This document shows positions 34,832 through 44,570 of a stretch of 48,103 bases of DNA, one piece after another. Numbering within the stretch: position 1 is the stretch's first letter; every line of letters starts with the position of its first letter. The notes below the pieces were generated by a model. It was not told the origin of the DNA. It was given only the letters and a program-made list of their open reading frames with translations, and made no database searches. Position numbers and translations under genes: made by a program. Source of the stretch: a virus (taxonomy: Duplodnaviria; Caudoviricetes); IMG/VR virus record IMGVR_UViG_3300043756_000069, positions 1 to 48,103 of that record. One strand, 5' to 3'.

Positions 34832-36675
34832 ATCTCCTTACCGTTCACAATGTCAGGGTACTCCATTGACCAGGGGATCATACTGCTACCAAGTGACTGT
34901 AACAGTTCGTGTAAGTCATGGTTAGCAACCTTTGCTATTGACTGCATCTTACCTGCTAGGTTCAGTTCAACCAGTGGATCACTACTTACCTTTGCACGTG
35001 GCACTATCAAACGTGGTCTGTGTTTGAGTCCGATCCGCTTGACTCTACGTAGTGACTGAATGTAAGCGTCCGTGTCAAATGAACGGTCGTGATAGTACAC
35101 TGTTTTGGTTGCTTGGAGGTTGTGTCCGAACTTCCCGACTCCCATCTGTAACACCAGAACGTCCAAGTCACCTGCTTTATAGTCATCTATCACTTCATCC
35201 TTGTCTTCACTCTTCATGTCACCGACCACCATGTCAACTTCAATGTCAGCAAAGTTGTCACACACCATGTCATACACTGACTGTGCAGTCGGCACCCACC
35301 AACACCATACGATCATTGGGAATTCAATGTCACCTTGTTCAAGCATAGTATGCAACAGTGACTCTTTTGCACTAACACGCTTACCGTCAATGTTGCACAG
35401 GTTAGAAGTGATCTGTTGCATACGTGTCAGTTGTGCCAGCTTGATATCCGCACTGACTTTCTTACCTGACTTGAGTGTTGTCGTCCAATCGTTCAGCATG
35501 TCAATGAACGCTTTGTGTTGTGCAGGTTCTAGTTCAATCTCGATTGGATCGTAAATGTAATCAGGTAGTTCGTCCAGTACATCTTTCTGATTGCGGACGA
35601 ACATGAAGTCACGTAAGTAACTCTGAGGATCGTGGTCTGGTCTGTCACCATTCACCTGCCAACCCCATTGGTTACGATCCACCGTGCAGAAGAAGTCAGT
35701 GAACCGCCAGTAACTAGTGAAACCACGTGGCATGATTGTCTTCACTTGTGGATACAAGTCACTGCGAAACTTACTGGTTGGTGAACCAGACAGTAACCAC
35801 ACCTGGTGACTGTACTGTGCCATCTGTTGTAACACATCGACCTTCACTGCACGACGGTTCTTGAGTAACACTGACTCGTCAATGATGATCAAGTCCCAAT
35901 CAGTGGAGAAGTAACTTTCACGTGGCACAACCTTACGCTTACGTACTGGCACTTCCTTACCCTTTGTGTCACGCTTCTTTGGTCCTGACTGTATCCACTG
36001 CTTCTGTGCAGTGGCACCACGTATCTCTTTACCGTTACGGTCAAGTGGATAGTTGACAAACTCTTCACCATCTTCGTCAACGAATACCGTCTGGAACAGT
36101 GTGTTGAAGTTTGTCACTACACACTCTGTCTTAGGGTCTTTCTCACCAGCGGTTGCACGTGACCATGAACGATACAACTGTGACCACTTGTCCCATTCTG
36201 TCATCCAGTTCTTGGCAAGTGTCAATGGTGCAACGACCAGTATCTTACTAGCCTGTAGTATGTCAGCAGCAACGATACTGGTTGGTGACTTACCTAATCC
36301 TGGTGACAGTGCGAGGATACAACCACGGTGAGGATTGCACACCATGTATTCCACTGCCACCTTCTGGAAGTCATATAACTCTTCCCAATGTGGGTGACCG
36401 TAAGCACGATGTTCTAACTCACGGTTACTAGTTCCCCAACCAGTGAATCCCCAATCAGTAAGTGCAAGATTCTTCACTACCCACGGTGCACCATTCAGTA
36501 TCTCTCTACCGTACCAGTCAACGATTGTCACCATGTTCAGTGACGTTGGTGGTAACCGCCATGCACCTTTCTCCTTGTCCCACCTTCCACCTAGTTGTGT
36601 CTTCACTTCATCACTAGGGTACTTAGGTGGACGCACCAGTATCTCTTTACCGTCAATCTCAATTGCTTTCGCCAT
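34828..36675 (-). CDS. SNF2-family (SF2) helicase
   Basis: 'LYDFQ', 'PGLGKS', 'IIIDES', 'LSGSP', 'G.NLQ', 'Q...R..RIG'. Confidence 0.9.
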   Translation of the reverse strand: MAKAIEIDGKEILVRPPKYPSDEVKTQLGGRWDKEKGAWRLPPTSLNMVTIVDWYGREILNGAPWVVKNLALTDWGFTGWGTSNRELEHRAYGHPHWEELYDFQKVAVEYMVCNPHRGCILALSPGLGKSPTSIVAADILQASKILVVAPLTLAKNWMTEWDKWSQLYRSWSRATAGEKDPKTECVVTNFNTLFQTVFVDEDGEEFVNYPLDRNGKEIRGATAQKQWIQSGPKKRDTKGKEVPVRKRKVVPRESYFSTDWDLIIIDESVLLKNRRAVKVDVLQQMAQYSHQVWLLSGSPTSKFRSDLYPQVKTIMPRGFTSYWRFTDFFCTVDRNQWGWQVNGDRPDHDPQSYLRDFMFVRNQKDVLDELPDYIYDPIEIELEPAQHKAFIDMLNDWTTTLKSGKKVSADIKLAQLTRMQQITSNLCNIDGKRVSAKESLLHTMLEQGDIEFPMIVWCWWVPTAQSVYDMVCDNFADIEVDMVVGDMKSEDKDEVIDDYKAGDLDVLVLQMGVGKFGHNLQATKTVYYHDRSFDTDAYIQSLRRVKRIGLKHRPRLIVPRAKVSSDPLVELNLAGKMQSIAKVANHDLHELLQSLGSSMIPWSMEYPDIVNGKEI

Positions 36676-36814
36676 CAGTGACTACTCCTTGTAAAGTGAC
36701 TCTCCTAAGTGTAAGTGTAATGTGCTGGCTCCCGGTTACTCACCACGGGAGTATGGTGTCCGGTTACTTAGCTCCTTGCGTTACACTAGTGCACGGGGAG
36801 TACCAGCACATTAG

Positions 36815-37051
36815 TTACTCATCACCTGTTGGCATACGCCATGATGAGTAGAACCTACGAACAGCATCTAACCGTGGACATACCCAACCTGCACGTGTGC
36901 CACCTGGTCTACTAATGTCACGTATGGAACCTTTGCACCCTGAACCTAACATGTGTAAGTCCGCAACATACACACCAGGTAGGAGTCCCAACTTGTGACA
37001 GTTGCAATCAGGGTAACGTGCAAGTGTGTTCTGTAACACGACTAGACTCAC
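36815..37051 (-). CDS. Small Cys-rich hypothetical protein
   Basis: Collinear; several Cys/His. Confidence 0.5.
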   Translation of the reverse strand: MSLVVLQNTLARYPDCNCHKLGLLPGVYVADLHMLGSGCKGSIRDISRPGGTRAGWVCPRLDAVRRFYSSWRMPTGDE

Positions 37052-37092
37052 TGTCTTACTACGTTGACTAGAAGTAACAACGCTTCCAGTTA

Positions 37093-37959
37093 CTACGCGA
37101 CGCTTCTTCTCCTTCTCCTGCGCCGTGGTGACTCTTCCTCTGCTGGTGACTCTTCCTCTTCTTGTGACTGTGACGAATCTCTCCGAGGGTTTGCACGTGC
37201 ACTTCTACGTGGACGTGTCACTTCCTCTTCTTCGTCTTCCTCTGTATCTTCCTCTGTATCCGAGCGATTCGAGCGTGACCGTGAGGTTGTCGAAGAAGTG
37301 CGGCGACGACGTGTAGGGGTTACTTCTTCCTCTTCCTCATCGTCATACTCTTCTTCATCGTCATACTCTTCATCGTCAGGTTCAGTGTCACGTGAACGTG
37401 AACGACGTGAACGTGTCACTGTTTCACTGCGACGTGATGAACGACGTGAACGAACAGGTTCCTCTTCTTCCTCTTCATCCTCATCTTCATCATCATACTC
37501 ATCTTCATCACGTGAACGACGTGACCTAGTGCGACGTGACTCATCTGCACTACGCCTAGTAGTACGTTCACTCCTACGTGACGAACGACGTGACCTTCCG
37601 TCACCTTCTTCTTGTTCGTCATACTCTTCAAGTGTCTGACCAGGACGACGCTCAGCTTTCTTCGCAATCTTCTTGATCTTCACCTTGTCACCAACCCATG
37701 CATATGCAGTGTTGGCTTTACCCAAACCTTCATCTGGATCAGCAATGTAACGGTCAACCAGACCAAGGTACTCCAACGCAACCATGATTGGTGCGTACAC
37801 TGGTGGATGAGTAATGTTTGCTTCCTGTGTCAGTTCCTTCCACAGAACAATACCTTCCTCACCAGCTTCTTCTGGCGGGTTACGCAGCATGTCAACAATG
37901 GACGCAACGTAATCACTTCTGCGTCCCTTCTTGACAGTCTCCACTCTGGTAAAACCCAT
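37093..37959 (-). CDS. Putative winged-helix protein with a long Arg/Ser and acidic block disordered tail
   Basis: AAGGAGTAG RBS; N-terminal 'LEYLGLVDR'; alternating RRS and E/D blocks. Confidence 0.75.
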   Translation of the reverse strand: MGFTRVETVKKGRRSDYVASIVDMLRNPPEEAGEEGIVLWKELTQEANITHPPVYAPIMVALEYLGLVDRYIADPDEGLGKANTAYAWVGDKVKIKKIAKKAERRPGQTLEEYDEQEEGDGRSRRSSRRSERTTRRSADESRRTRSRRSRDEDEYDDEDEDEEEEEEPVRSRRSSRRSETVTRSRRSRSRDTEPDDEEYDDEEEYDDEEEEEVTPTRRRRTSSTTSRSRSNRSDTEEDTEEDEEEEVTRPRRSARANPRRDSSQSQEEEESPAEEESPRRRRRRRSVA

Positions 37960-38047
37960 TACTGCTACTCCTTTTCTGTGACGGTTGGTGGTTGATTGTG
38001 AGTGTTACCTGTCAGTGTCGCCGCCACGATCCGACACCAACCCGCGT

Positions 38048-38100
38048 ACCCTATAGCATATCGGCATCGCTGTCAAGCGATACAGAAAACCCCTGCAAAT
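38048..38100 (-). promoter_or_regulatory. SigA-type promoter with upstream TTTGCAGGGG box
   Basis: TTGACA(38076-38071)-N17-TAGGGT(38053-38048). Confidence 0.7.
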
Positions 38101-38146
38101 TCAGGGAACAGATGTTCGGTGACACTGCGATATGTCAGTGTCAGTG

Positions 38147-40261
38147 TCACTCGCGAGAAAGATTACGGGCGATCCAAATGGTTGTAGATTTGGTGCGACC
38201 ACTCATCTTTTTCTCGATGATCAAGTTACGATCTTTGAGTAACTTCACTGCACGATCAATCTGTTGCGATGACTTATTCATCTTGAAAACTTCTGCGTAC
38301 ACTTCTTTACGTGTCAGTCCGCTCGGACTTTCAAGTAATGCTTGGTACAGTTTGTTTGCGTCCTTGTCACCTATCTGATCCGCCAAGCAATACTCTACTG
38401 TCTGCACTGAGTAATCCCATACTGCTAATGCTGCTTGTAGATGAGGCACATCGATAACGTCACTCTGATCACTGACAGCGTAGATCACTGCCAATCGTTT
38501 TACTTGTGGACGGAAACGCGACTTGAGCGCATGAACCATACTTGATGGATGCGCTGCTGCTTTCCATCTACTTACTTCATCAGTCCACAACTCTCTTGCT
38601 TCGTCAGTAAATTCATAATCCTCTGGCGCATCTTCGTGACCATATTCCAATGCATCAATCAGTATAGGTACAAACTGGTTGTACTCTTCTTTCGTCAATG
38701 GATACTCTTGTTTCAGTGTACGTGTTCTTTCTGACCAGCAGAACAGGAAGCGGTTACCGTAACCACTCATCAAGTCCACCTGGTCAAAGTCACGTTCAAG
38801 TTCTGGTGGTGTCACGTGTGCAACCATTGACAAGGTAACGTTACTCACCGAGTGTTGACTGCCAGCAGTCACCTTTGCTGTACTACCATAGTCCCACAGT
38901 GCACGTACTATGTCCTTGATAGTTGCACCAGTACGTGAGGCAACGTGTAACACTCTTCCATACTCAGGTTCAAAGTTGAAGAACCGGCGATCACGTTGAC
39001 CACCTTTCTTTATGTGTTGAACTTTCTCACCTTGAATTACCGAGTGTTCATCTAACGGTATGTCATCAGCAAGGACTTCAATGAAACCCTCACCAGTTTG
39101 TACTCCTTCATGCGGATAGAAAGTAGGATCGACTCTCTTGAGAAGTGAACGTGCGTAGTTCCAACTGTCACCTTTTGCGCCACGTCCCGAGTCACCAATG
39201 ACCATGATGTACAGTGCAGTACGGTGGTACGATTCACCTTGTAAGAAACCTGGACAAGCATCGTCTGCATATTCACTGCCAATACGGTTACCGAAAATGG
39301 CAAGTGCCTGCATAAGTAACGCTGCTGGGTGCGATTCACTTCTGTTCGCAATGAACTTCACCCACTCACCAATCGGACCATACAATGCAACAGGTTCCAA
39401 CATAGGCTTACGGATACGTGCTTTGACACTAAGATGAATGTCACGTGGACCTATCGCATCCGGTGGATAACGTGACACTGACTTGGCAATAGTGGGTAAC
39501 TCTGTCAGCATTTCTTCGAAGTCTTCGATCCTGTCAGTGTCCCACACACTTACCATGCGTTCCAGTTCATTAGCGTTGAAACCGTAACGTCGCATCATAC
39601 CCATGAAGCGAGTGATCATTTCGTTACGTTCACCTTTGACCAGTGTCCACTCTTCCTCGTTAGGTAACTCGCTTTCGATGCGAGCATAGTGTGTCTGACT
39701 CAGTACCTTGTTTATCCACTGAATCGGAAGAGGGTGAAACTCATTGTCATCGTTGTAACTCTCGACAGTGTACAGTCCGCCACCGTTCGATGCTTTGCTA
39801 GTGTCACTTGGTGGCGCAACGACATAGCCGTTACGTAGTAACTCTACACCTGGTGCGATGTTCTTTGGTAAGTCATATTCCTGGTCATCGATGCGGTAGT
39901 AATAGTGAAAGCCACCGCCGCCAGTTTTGACAGTGTAAGTTGCAGGTAATTCACCATGTGTTTCAATGAGTGTGTCTAGTGCTTCCAAACCTCCGTGACG
40001 TGCATCAATGTCAAGGACTGCTAAACCTGATAGTGGTAACGCTATGCCTATGTTGTATTCTGGATTCTCCTTCCACCATCTTCTGATCTGTAACTGGTTA
40101 CCAGTTGCATCATGCCATCCGTGACCACCGAGTGCAGGTTGTTTGTTTCTTGGTGTGACTGGAAAGATACAAAATCTGAACGCTGCATATGCTTGTGCTG
40201 CTTCTGATAGTGACGCTCCTGGTAAAAACTTTGACAGTGGTTCGCGTTGTGCGGCCAACAC
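38147..40261 (-). CDS. Bifunctional primase/polymerase (Prim-Pol) fused to a DUF3987-like helicase domain
   Basis: 'IFPV....K.P', 'NIGI', 'VLDID', 'T..GG.HYYY', 'YVVAPPS', PriCT-like 'GERN'; C-terminal P-loop-like 'IGDSG...KG', 'G..NRF'. Confidence 0.9.
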   Translation of the reverse strand: MLAAQREPLSKFLPGASLSEAAQAYAAFRFCIFPVTPRNKQPALGGHGWHDATGNQLQIRRWWKENPEYNIGIALPLSGLAVLDIDARHGGLEALDTLIETHGELPATYTVKTGGGGFHYYYRIDDQEYDLPKNIAPGVELLRNGYVVAPPSDTSKASNGGGLYTVESYNDDNEFHPLPIQWINKVLSQTHYARIESELPNEEEWTLVKGERNEMITRFMGMMRRYGFNANELERMVSVWDTDRIEDFEEMLTELPTIAKSVSRYPPDAIGPRDIHLSVKARIRKPMLEPVALYGPIGEWVKFIANRSESHPAALLMQALAIFGNRIGSEYADDACPGFLQGESYHRTALYIMVIGDSGRGAKGDSWNYARSLLKRVDPTFYPHEGVQTGEGFIEVLADDIPLDEHSVIQGEKVQHIKKGGQRDRRFFNFEPEYGRVLHVASRTGATIKDIVRALWDYGSTAKVTAGSQHSVSNVTLSMVAHVTPPELERDFDQVDLMSGYGNRFLFCWSERTRTLKQEYPLTKEEYNQFVPILIDALEYGHEDAPEDYEFTDEARELWTDEVSRWKAAAHPSSMVHALKSRFRPQVKRLAVIYAVSDQSDVIDVPHLQAALAVWDYSVQTVEYCLADQIGDKDANKLYQALLESPSGLTRKEVYAEVFKMNKSSQQIDRAVKLLKDRNLIIEKKMSGRTKSTTIWIARNLSRE

Positions 40262-40407
40262 GTATCCTCAATTCGAAGTGAACAGTAACAGGTGGTCGCT
40301 AAGAGTAAGTGACTCAGGTGTCACAGTCAGTGTGGTGCACTCACTAACCATGACACCTTGAGCCACAAGGAGCACCACTTAGTCAACCACCAAGCGAAGC
40401 GGAGCGG

Positions 40408-40450
40408 AGGTTATCAGTGAGAATCACTGACTGTCAAATCCCCGCAAATT
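40408..40450 (-). promoter_or_regulatory. SigA-type promoter with a palindromic operator in the spacer
   Basis: TTGACA(40437-40432)-N18-TAACCT; the spacer is TCAGTGA-N3-TCACTGA; ATTTGCGGGG box upstream. Confidence 0.7.
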
Positions 40451-40515
40451 GCGAGTGTCAAAAAACACCGAACGTGCGTTCTGTACACTGCACTTCACCT
40501 AGTAAAGTGTCGCGG

Positions 40516-40546
40516 TTTGCAGGGACTTTGACAGGCATGGTAGGCT
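40516..40546 (+). promoter_or_regulatory. Divergent promoter for the replication block
   Basis: TTTGCAGGG..TTTGACA-N7-TAGGCT (extended TGn); also reads as TTGCAG-N18-TAGGCT. Confidence 0.55.
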
Positions 40547-40559
40547 GGCCGCCGGACAT

Positions 40560-40985
40560 ATGTCACACCAACGACACTCAGTAGTAATTGCGTTCGATCC
40601 AGGTGTCACAACTGGCATCGCGATAGTGAACGCTCGCAACAAGGTACTGTACACAGCAGCAATCAATGAAAGGATGGTTACATTCGCAGCGAAAAGGTTA
40701 CGACGTAAATTCAAGGAAGCACCAGTTGCTATCGAGACTGGTCCATTGTGGAGAACTAACAGTAACCTGACTAGGAATATTGAACAGGAACTACGTGAAG
40801 TGTTCCCGTCAGCAACCCTAGTCCGTCCGAGTCAATGGAAGCGTCATCCAGCAGCGAAGTGTAGTGAGAAATTAGTTACCACACATGAACGTGATGCTGT
40901 AAGACTCGCCCGTTGGTTCATAGCAAAAGGAGTTATTGACAATCATGCCGAAAGGGAAGACGCTGCAAAAGCGGACTCCGCTTGA
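40560..40985 (+). CDS. RuvC-like Holliday junction resolvase
   Basis: 'IAFDPGVTTGIA', 'VAIE', 'PSQWK', 'HERDA'. Confidence 0.8.
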   Translation: MSHQRHSVVIAFDPGVTTGIAIVNARNKVLYTAAINERMVTFAAKRLRRKFKEAPVAIETGPLWRTNSNLTRNIEQELREVFPSATLVRPSQWKRHPAAKCSEKLVTTHERDAVRLARWFIAKGVIDNHAEREDAAKADSA

Positions 40986-42249
40986 AAACACTCAGTTACT
41001 TTTAGACATCAGTGTCACTGAAAGGGATACGTTCAAAACATGTCGCAGACGTTGGGAGTTGGAAGTCCTTGAGAACCTCCAACCATTTGTTCCACTCGGA
41101 CAGGCACTTGACTTTGGTGAAGGAATACATGAAGCACTTGAGAGTTACTACATCGCCAAAGCCAACGCACCGTCACTTCCACCTTCCAAAAAGAAAAGTT
41201 CACCACTCAAAAGTGCACTCTCAGCGTTAGACAATTGGTACGAACGTAACGCTGACCGTGTAGAAACTGATCCTGATATGGTCATGGAAGCAAAGGATGC
41301 TTTCCTTGACCAGTTATTTGAACAGTCAAATCTCGCAGAAGAAATGCTGCGAGGTTACCATCAGTATGCACAGCAGGAAGATAACTTTACTGTTCACGCA
41401 GTAGAAGGTTTGCAAACTGGTGCAGGTAAGTCATGGTTGCATAAGCATTGGGAAGACCGTGAATTCATGGGTGAACATTCAGAGAATGGTGTCATCCTTG
41501 ATGAAGTGTCAGGTAGGTTACTGTGTCCGATCCTTGATCCAAAGACACAGCAACCACTACCAGGTAAGCCAATGCTTACTGCAAAGATTGACTTACTAGT
41601 CAACGTAATAGAAGAAGGTCTGAAAGGTCTGTGGGTTTACGATCACAAGTCAACGATGAGTGAACCTAATGACCGTGGACTTGACTTCTTTGATCAACCA
41701 ACTGGTTACTGTTACATCGTGTGGCGCTGGCTAGGTATACCACCACGCGGTGTGTGTTACAACTATCTCGTCAAGCGTGTGCCACATGAACCGTTCATAT
41801 TGAAGAACAAGAAACTGTCAACACGACGTGACCAGTTGACCACTGCTGAAATGTACCATGACGAATTGGAGAAGCATGGACTGATACTCAAGGATGGTAG
41901 TATCAGACACGACAGACCGACGCCACAGTCAGTGACATATGAGGAAGCGTATGAAGCGTTACTGTCGCGTGGCTTTGATCCGTTCTTCAAACGTCACTAC
42001 ACACAACGTAGTGTCACTGAACTGCGTAACTTCGAAGAGAGGTTACATGCTGAGTACCAGGATATGCTTGACGTGTATGAAGGAGTAGCAGAAGCGTATC
42101 CATCGTTTGGTTTCCCACACATGCCTTGGTGTAACTGGTGCAGTGTGGCACCAATCTGTCAGGCAATGAATGATGGCAGTGACGTGGACGGAATAATTGA
42201 ACAACGGTTCATGGAGAAACCTGACCGTAAAGCAGTGAGGCACTGGTGA
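40945..42249 (+). CDS. Cas4/RecB-like PD-(D/E)XK exonuclease
   Basis: 'CRRRW', 'FG..IHEALE', 'KIDL', 'DHKS', C-terminal CxxC...C (Fe-S ligands). Confidence 0.85.
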   Translation: MPKGKTLQKRTPLENTQLLLDISVTERDTFKTCRRRWELEVLENLQPFVPLGQALDFGEGIHEALESYYIAKANAPSLPPSKKKSSPLKSALSALDNWYERNADRVETDPDMVMEAKDAFLDQLFEQSNLAEEMLRGYHQYAQQEDNFTVHAVEGLQTGAGKSWLHKHWEDREFMGEHSENGVILDEVSGRLLCPILDPKTQQPLPGKPMLTAKIDLLVNVIEEGLKGLWVYDHKSTMSEPNDRGLDFFDQPTGYCYIVWRWLGIPPRGVCYNYLVKRVPHEPFILKNKKLSTRRDQLTTAEMYHDELEKHGLILKDGSIRHDRPTPQSVTYEEAYEALLSRGFDPFFKRHYTQRSVTELRNFEERLHAEYQDMLDVYEGVAEAYPSFGFPHMPWCNWCSVAPICQAMNDGSDVDGIIEQRFMEKPDRKAVRHW

Positions 42250-42440
42250 CAGGTAAACGTTTGAAGAGAAAAGACTTGACAGGTTACCAACAACTCAGTG
42301 TGAACGCTGAGAGTCATTACAACCTTGCAGTCAAGCTGATGAAAAAGGGTAAGTACAAAAGGGCAAATGTACATGCCACACTTGCTGTTGCAAAACAGTT
42401 AGAGTGCATTGAAACGTCAATGTATAGGTTGCGTGACTAA
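42246..42440 (+). CDS. Small hypothetical protein
   Basis: GTGA coupling. Confidence 0.55.
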   Translation: MTGKRLKRKDLTGYQQLSVNAESHYNLAVKLMKKGKYKRANVHATLAVAKQLECIETSMYRLRD

Positions 42441-42441
42441 C

Positions 42442-43194
42442 ATGGCACTGCGAATACATACACCTGCACAGTTGAAGTTTGCAAAGGTACTCATTTTTGC
42501 ACCACCTGGTCATGGTAAGACTCACCTGCTAGGTACAGCACAAGAGGATGACCGCACGTATCCAATGTTGTTTCTCGACTTCGATGCAGGTAGTGAAACA
42601 CTTGACGGTCTGGACATTGACGTTGTACGCATTCACAGTTGGAAAGATAGTGATGAAGTGTTGGAAGCGTTGGAACGTCAAGAGATAAAGGTGATCGGTG
42701 GCACTGAGTATGACTTTGGTGAGTACCGTTCAATCGGCATTGACAGTATCAGTGAGTGGAATCGTTGGGCGCAGTTACACATACTGGAAAAGGAAGGGAA
42801 AGGTAGGCGCGATCCTGACCTAGTTGAACTGAAAGATTACAACCGAGTTGCTGTACAGTTACGCAGAGTGCTGCGACGTTACCGTGACTTACCAATGCAT
42901 GTGTTCCTAAGTGCACACGCTATCGACCGTGAAGAACCACGTTCTGGCATGATAAAGAAACCTGACTTGTCAGGTACATTGTCAGATGAGATTGCAGGAC
43001 TAGTGTCAACTGTTGGCTATCTCGCTGTTGACCGTAGTGATGGTGAACGTGTGCTAGTGCTTCACGGTTACAAGGAGTACCGCACCAAGTGCAGAACACC
43101 TTGGAATGTAACCGCACCAGAAGAGATTATCGCACCAGACATTACCGAAATCATGGACGTGTTAGGTTACAGTTTGAACGGAAGGAACAGGTAA
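42442..43194 (+). CDS. AAA ATPase (Sak4/AAA_24-like recombination protein)
   Basis: Walker A 'PPGHGKT', 'LDFD.G', 'IDSISE', 'LSAH'. Confidence 0.85.
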   Translation: MALRIHTPAQLKFAKVLIFAPPGHGKTHLLGTAQEDDRTYPMLFLDFDAGSETLDGLDIDVVRIHSWKDSDEVLEALERQEIKVIGGTEYDFGEYRSIGIDSISEWNRWAQLHILEKEGKGRRDPDLVELKDYNRVAVQLRRVLRRYRDLPMHVFLSAHAIDREEPRSGMIKKPDLSGTLSDEIAGLVSTVGYLAVDRSDGERVLVLHGYKEYRTKCRTPWNVTAPEEIIAPDITEIMDVLGYSLNGRNR

Positions 43195-43355
43195 TGTCAC
43201 GTGATGTACTGAGTGCACTCGATTGGGACGCAATTGAGGATGCAGTGAACGTTGTTGCTGCTGGTAAAGCAAAACGCATTGACGGTGAAGGTTGGAAGGT
43301 GTACGCAGCAGGTACCATTGTCCGCATTGACTTGTCACTCAACCACCAGGAGTAG
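43194..43355 (+). CDS. Small hypothetical protein
   Basis: TAATG coupling (MSRDVLSALDW...). Confidence 0.6.
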   Translation: MSRDVLSALDWDAIEDAVNVVAAGKAKRIDGEGWKVYAAGTIVRIDLSLNHQE

Positions 43356-43358
43356 ATA

Positions 43359-44033
43359 GTGCCATATCACACCGTGAACTTTTCAGACGTTGAAGACTTC
43401 GAAGCGTTACCAGAAGGTGAGTATGCAGTTGAGATTGACAAGGTAGAAGTCCGCCGGAACAAAGCGGATGATGGTGACTATCTCAATTGGGAATTCGTTG
43501 TACTCGATGGTGACTATGAGAACCGTCGCTTGTGGTTGATCACTTCACTCAAGCCACAAGCACTGTTCAGGTTGAAAGATGTACTTGAACAACTTGACTT
43601 ACTTGAAGGTGACGAAATGGAACTTGAGTGGGACGATGATCAAGATGTAACTTCATCATCCGGTCCACGTTTGCTTTACCCTGACGTTGAAGGTATGGAA
43701 GCAAGTATCAGAGTGAAGAACGAAACGTTTGACGGTAAGGAACGCAATCGAGTTGACAGCGTATTCACTGGTAGAAAGAAGTCACGTGACAAGAAGACAA
43801 CACGTCGCAGTGCAGATGACAGTAGACGTACTAGGTCACGTAGTAGACGTGATGAAGAAGAGTATGACGTTGATGAAGATGACGATGATGAAGAGGAAGA
43901 GGAAGAGTCACCACGCCGTTCTTCTCGTCAAAGAACCACTGGACGCCAGTCACGTGAACGTGACACTGACAGTGAACGCTCTCCACGTTCACGAAGGAGT
44001 GAACGCAGCAGCGGACGGCGACGTTTGAGGTAA
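43359..44033 (+). CDS. DUF669-like ssDNA-binding protein with Arg/Ser-acidic tail
   Basis: 'FEALPEGEY.V.I', 'YLNWEF.V.DG.Y.NR.LW'; follows the Sak4-like ATPase. Confidence 0.8.
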   Translation: MPYHTVNFSDVEDFEALPEGEYAVEIDKVEVRRNKADDGDYLNWEFVVLDGDYENRRLWLITSLKPQALFRLKDVLEQLDLLEGDEMELEWDDDQDVTSSSGPRLLYPDVEGMEASIRVKNETFDGKERNRVDSVFTGRKKSRDKKTTRRSADDSRRTRSRSRRDEEEYDVDEDDDDEEEEEESPRRSSRQRTTGRQSRERDTDSERSPRSRRSERSSGRRRLR

Positions 44034-44124
44034 CTGTGGAGTTACGTTCGAAGAAGAAAAAGAAGCAACGACACTTTCACTTACCATTGCGACACAAGGA
44101 TCACGATACACACTTACGTGACCA

Positions 44125-44364
44125 GTGGAAACAATGGAAACGATTCCTCCGACCAAATCGTCAGAAGTGAAACTGATTGCAGTTGTGTGGGTATGCTCGC
44201 ACTGTGGGAACTATTACGGTTCCAGCAGTGCGGGTAACCTCGCACAGACATACAACACTGACATAAAAGGTGAGTCAACTTTCCCACGGTCACACTGTCC
44301 TGACTGTAGAGTCCAAGGACTTACTGTCGAACGGATTCCTCATCACGTAGAGATAGAGGTATGA
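44125..44364 (+). CDS. Small zinc-ribbon protein
   Basis: CSHC...CPDC. Confidence 0.6.
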   Translation: METMETIPPTKSSEVKLIAVVWVCSHCGNYYGSSSAGNLAQTYNTDIKGESTFPRSHCPDCRVQGLTVERIPHHVEIEV

Positions 44365-44570
44365 CAATGCAATGGGATTGCACTGATCTATTCACTGATG
44401 TACAGTGGGCGGACGTGCACATTGATGGTCACAATGAATTCCGTATGAACATTCAGCAGCGTAACGTCATTCACTGTGTTCATGTTCGCATTGACAAACT
44501 AGCGCCATTCATTGACCATGTGCGTGAGTCACAGCGAGAACACGCAAAGCTAAAAGCAGAACGTGCATGA
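44361..44570 (+). CDS. Small hypothetical protein
   Basis: ATGA coupling at both ends. Confidence 0.6.
   Translation: MTMQWDCTDLFTDVQWADVHIDGHNEFRMNIQQRNVIHCVHVRIDKLAPFIDHVRESQREHAKLKAERA

Noticed and set aside
37064-37639. Plus-strand poly-Ser ORF and similar antisense ORFs throughout the track
   Set aside because: Shadow frames of genes on the opposite strand; no RBS, and they conflict with operon direction.
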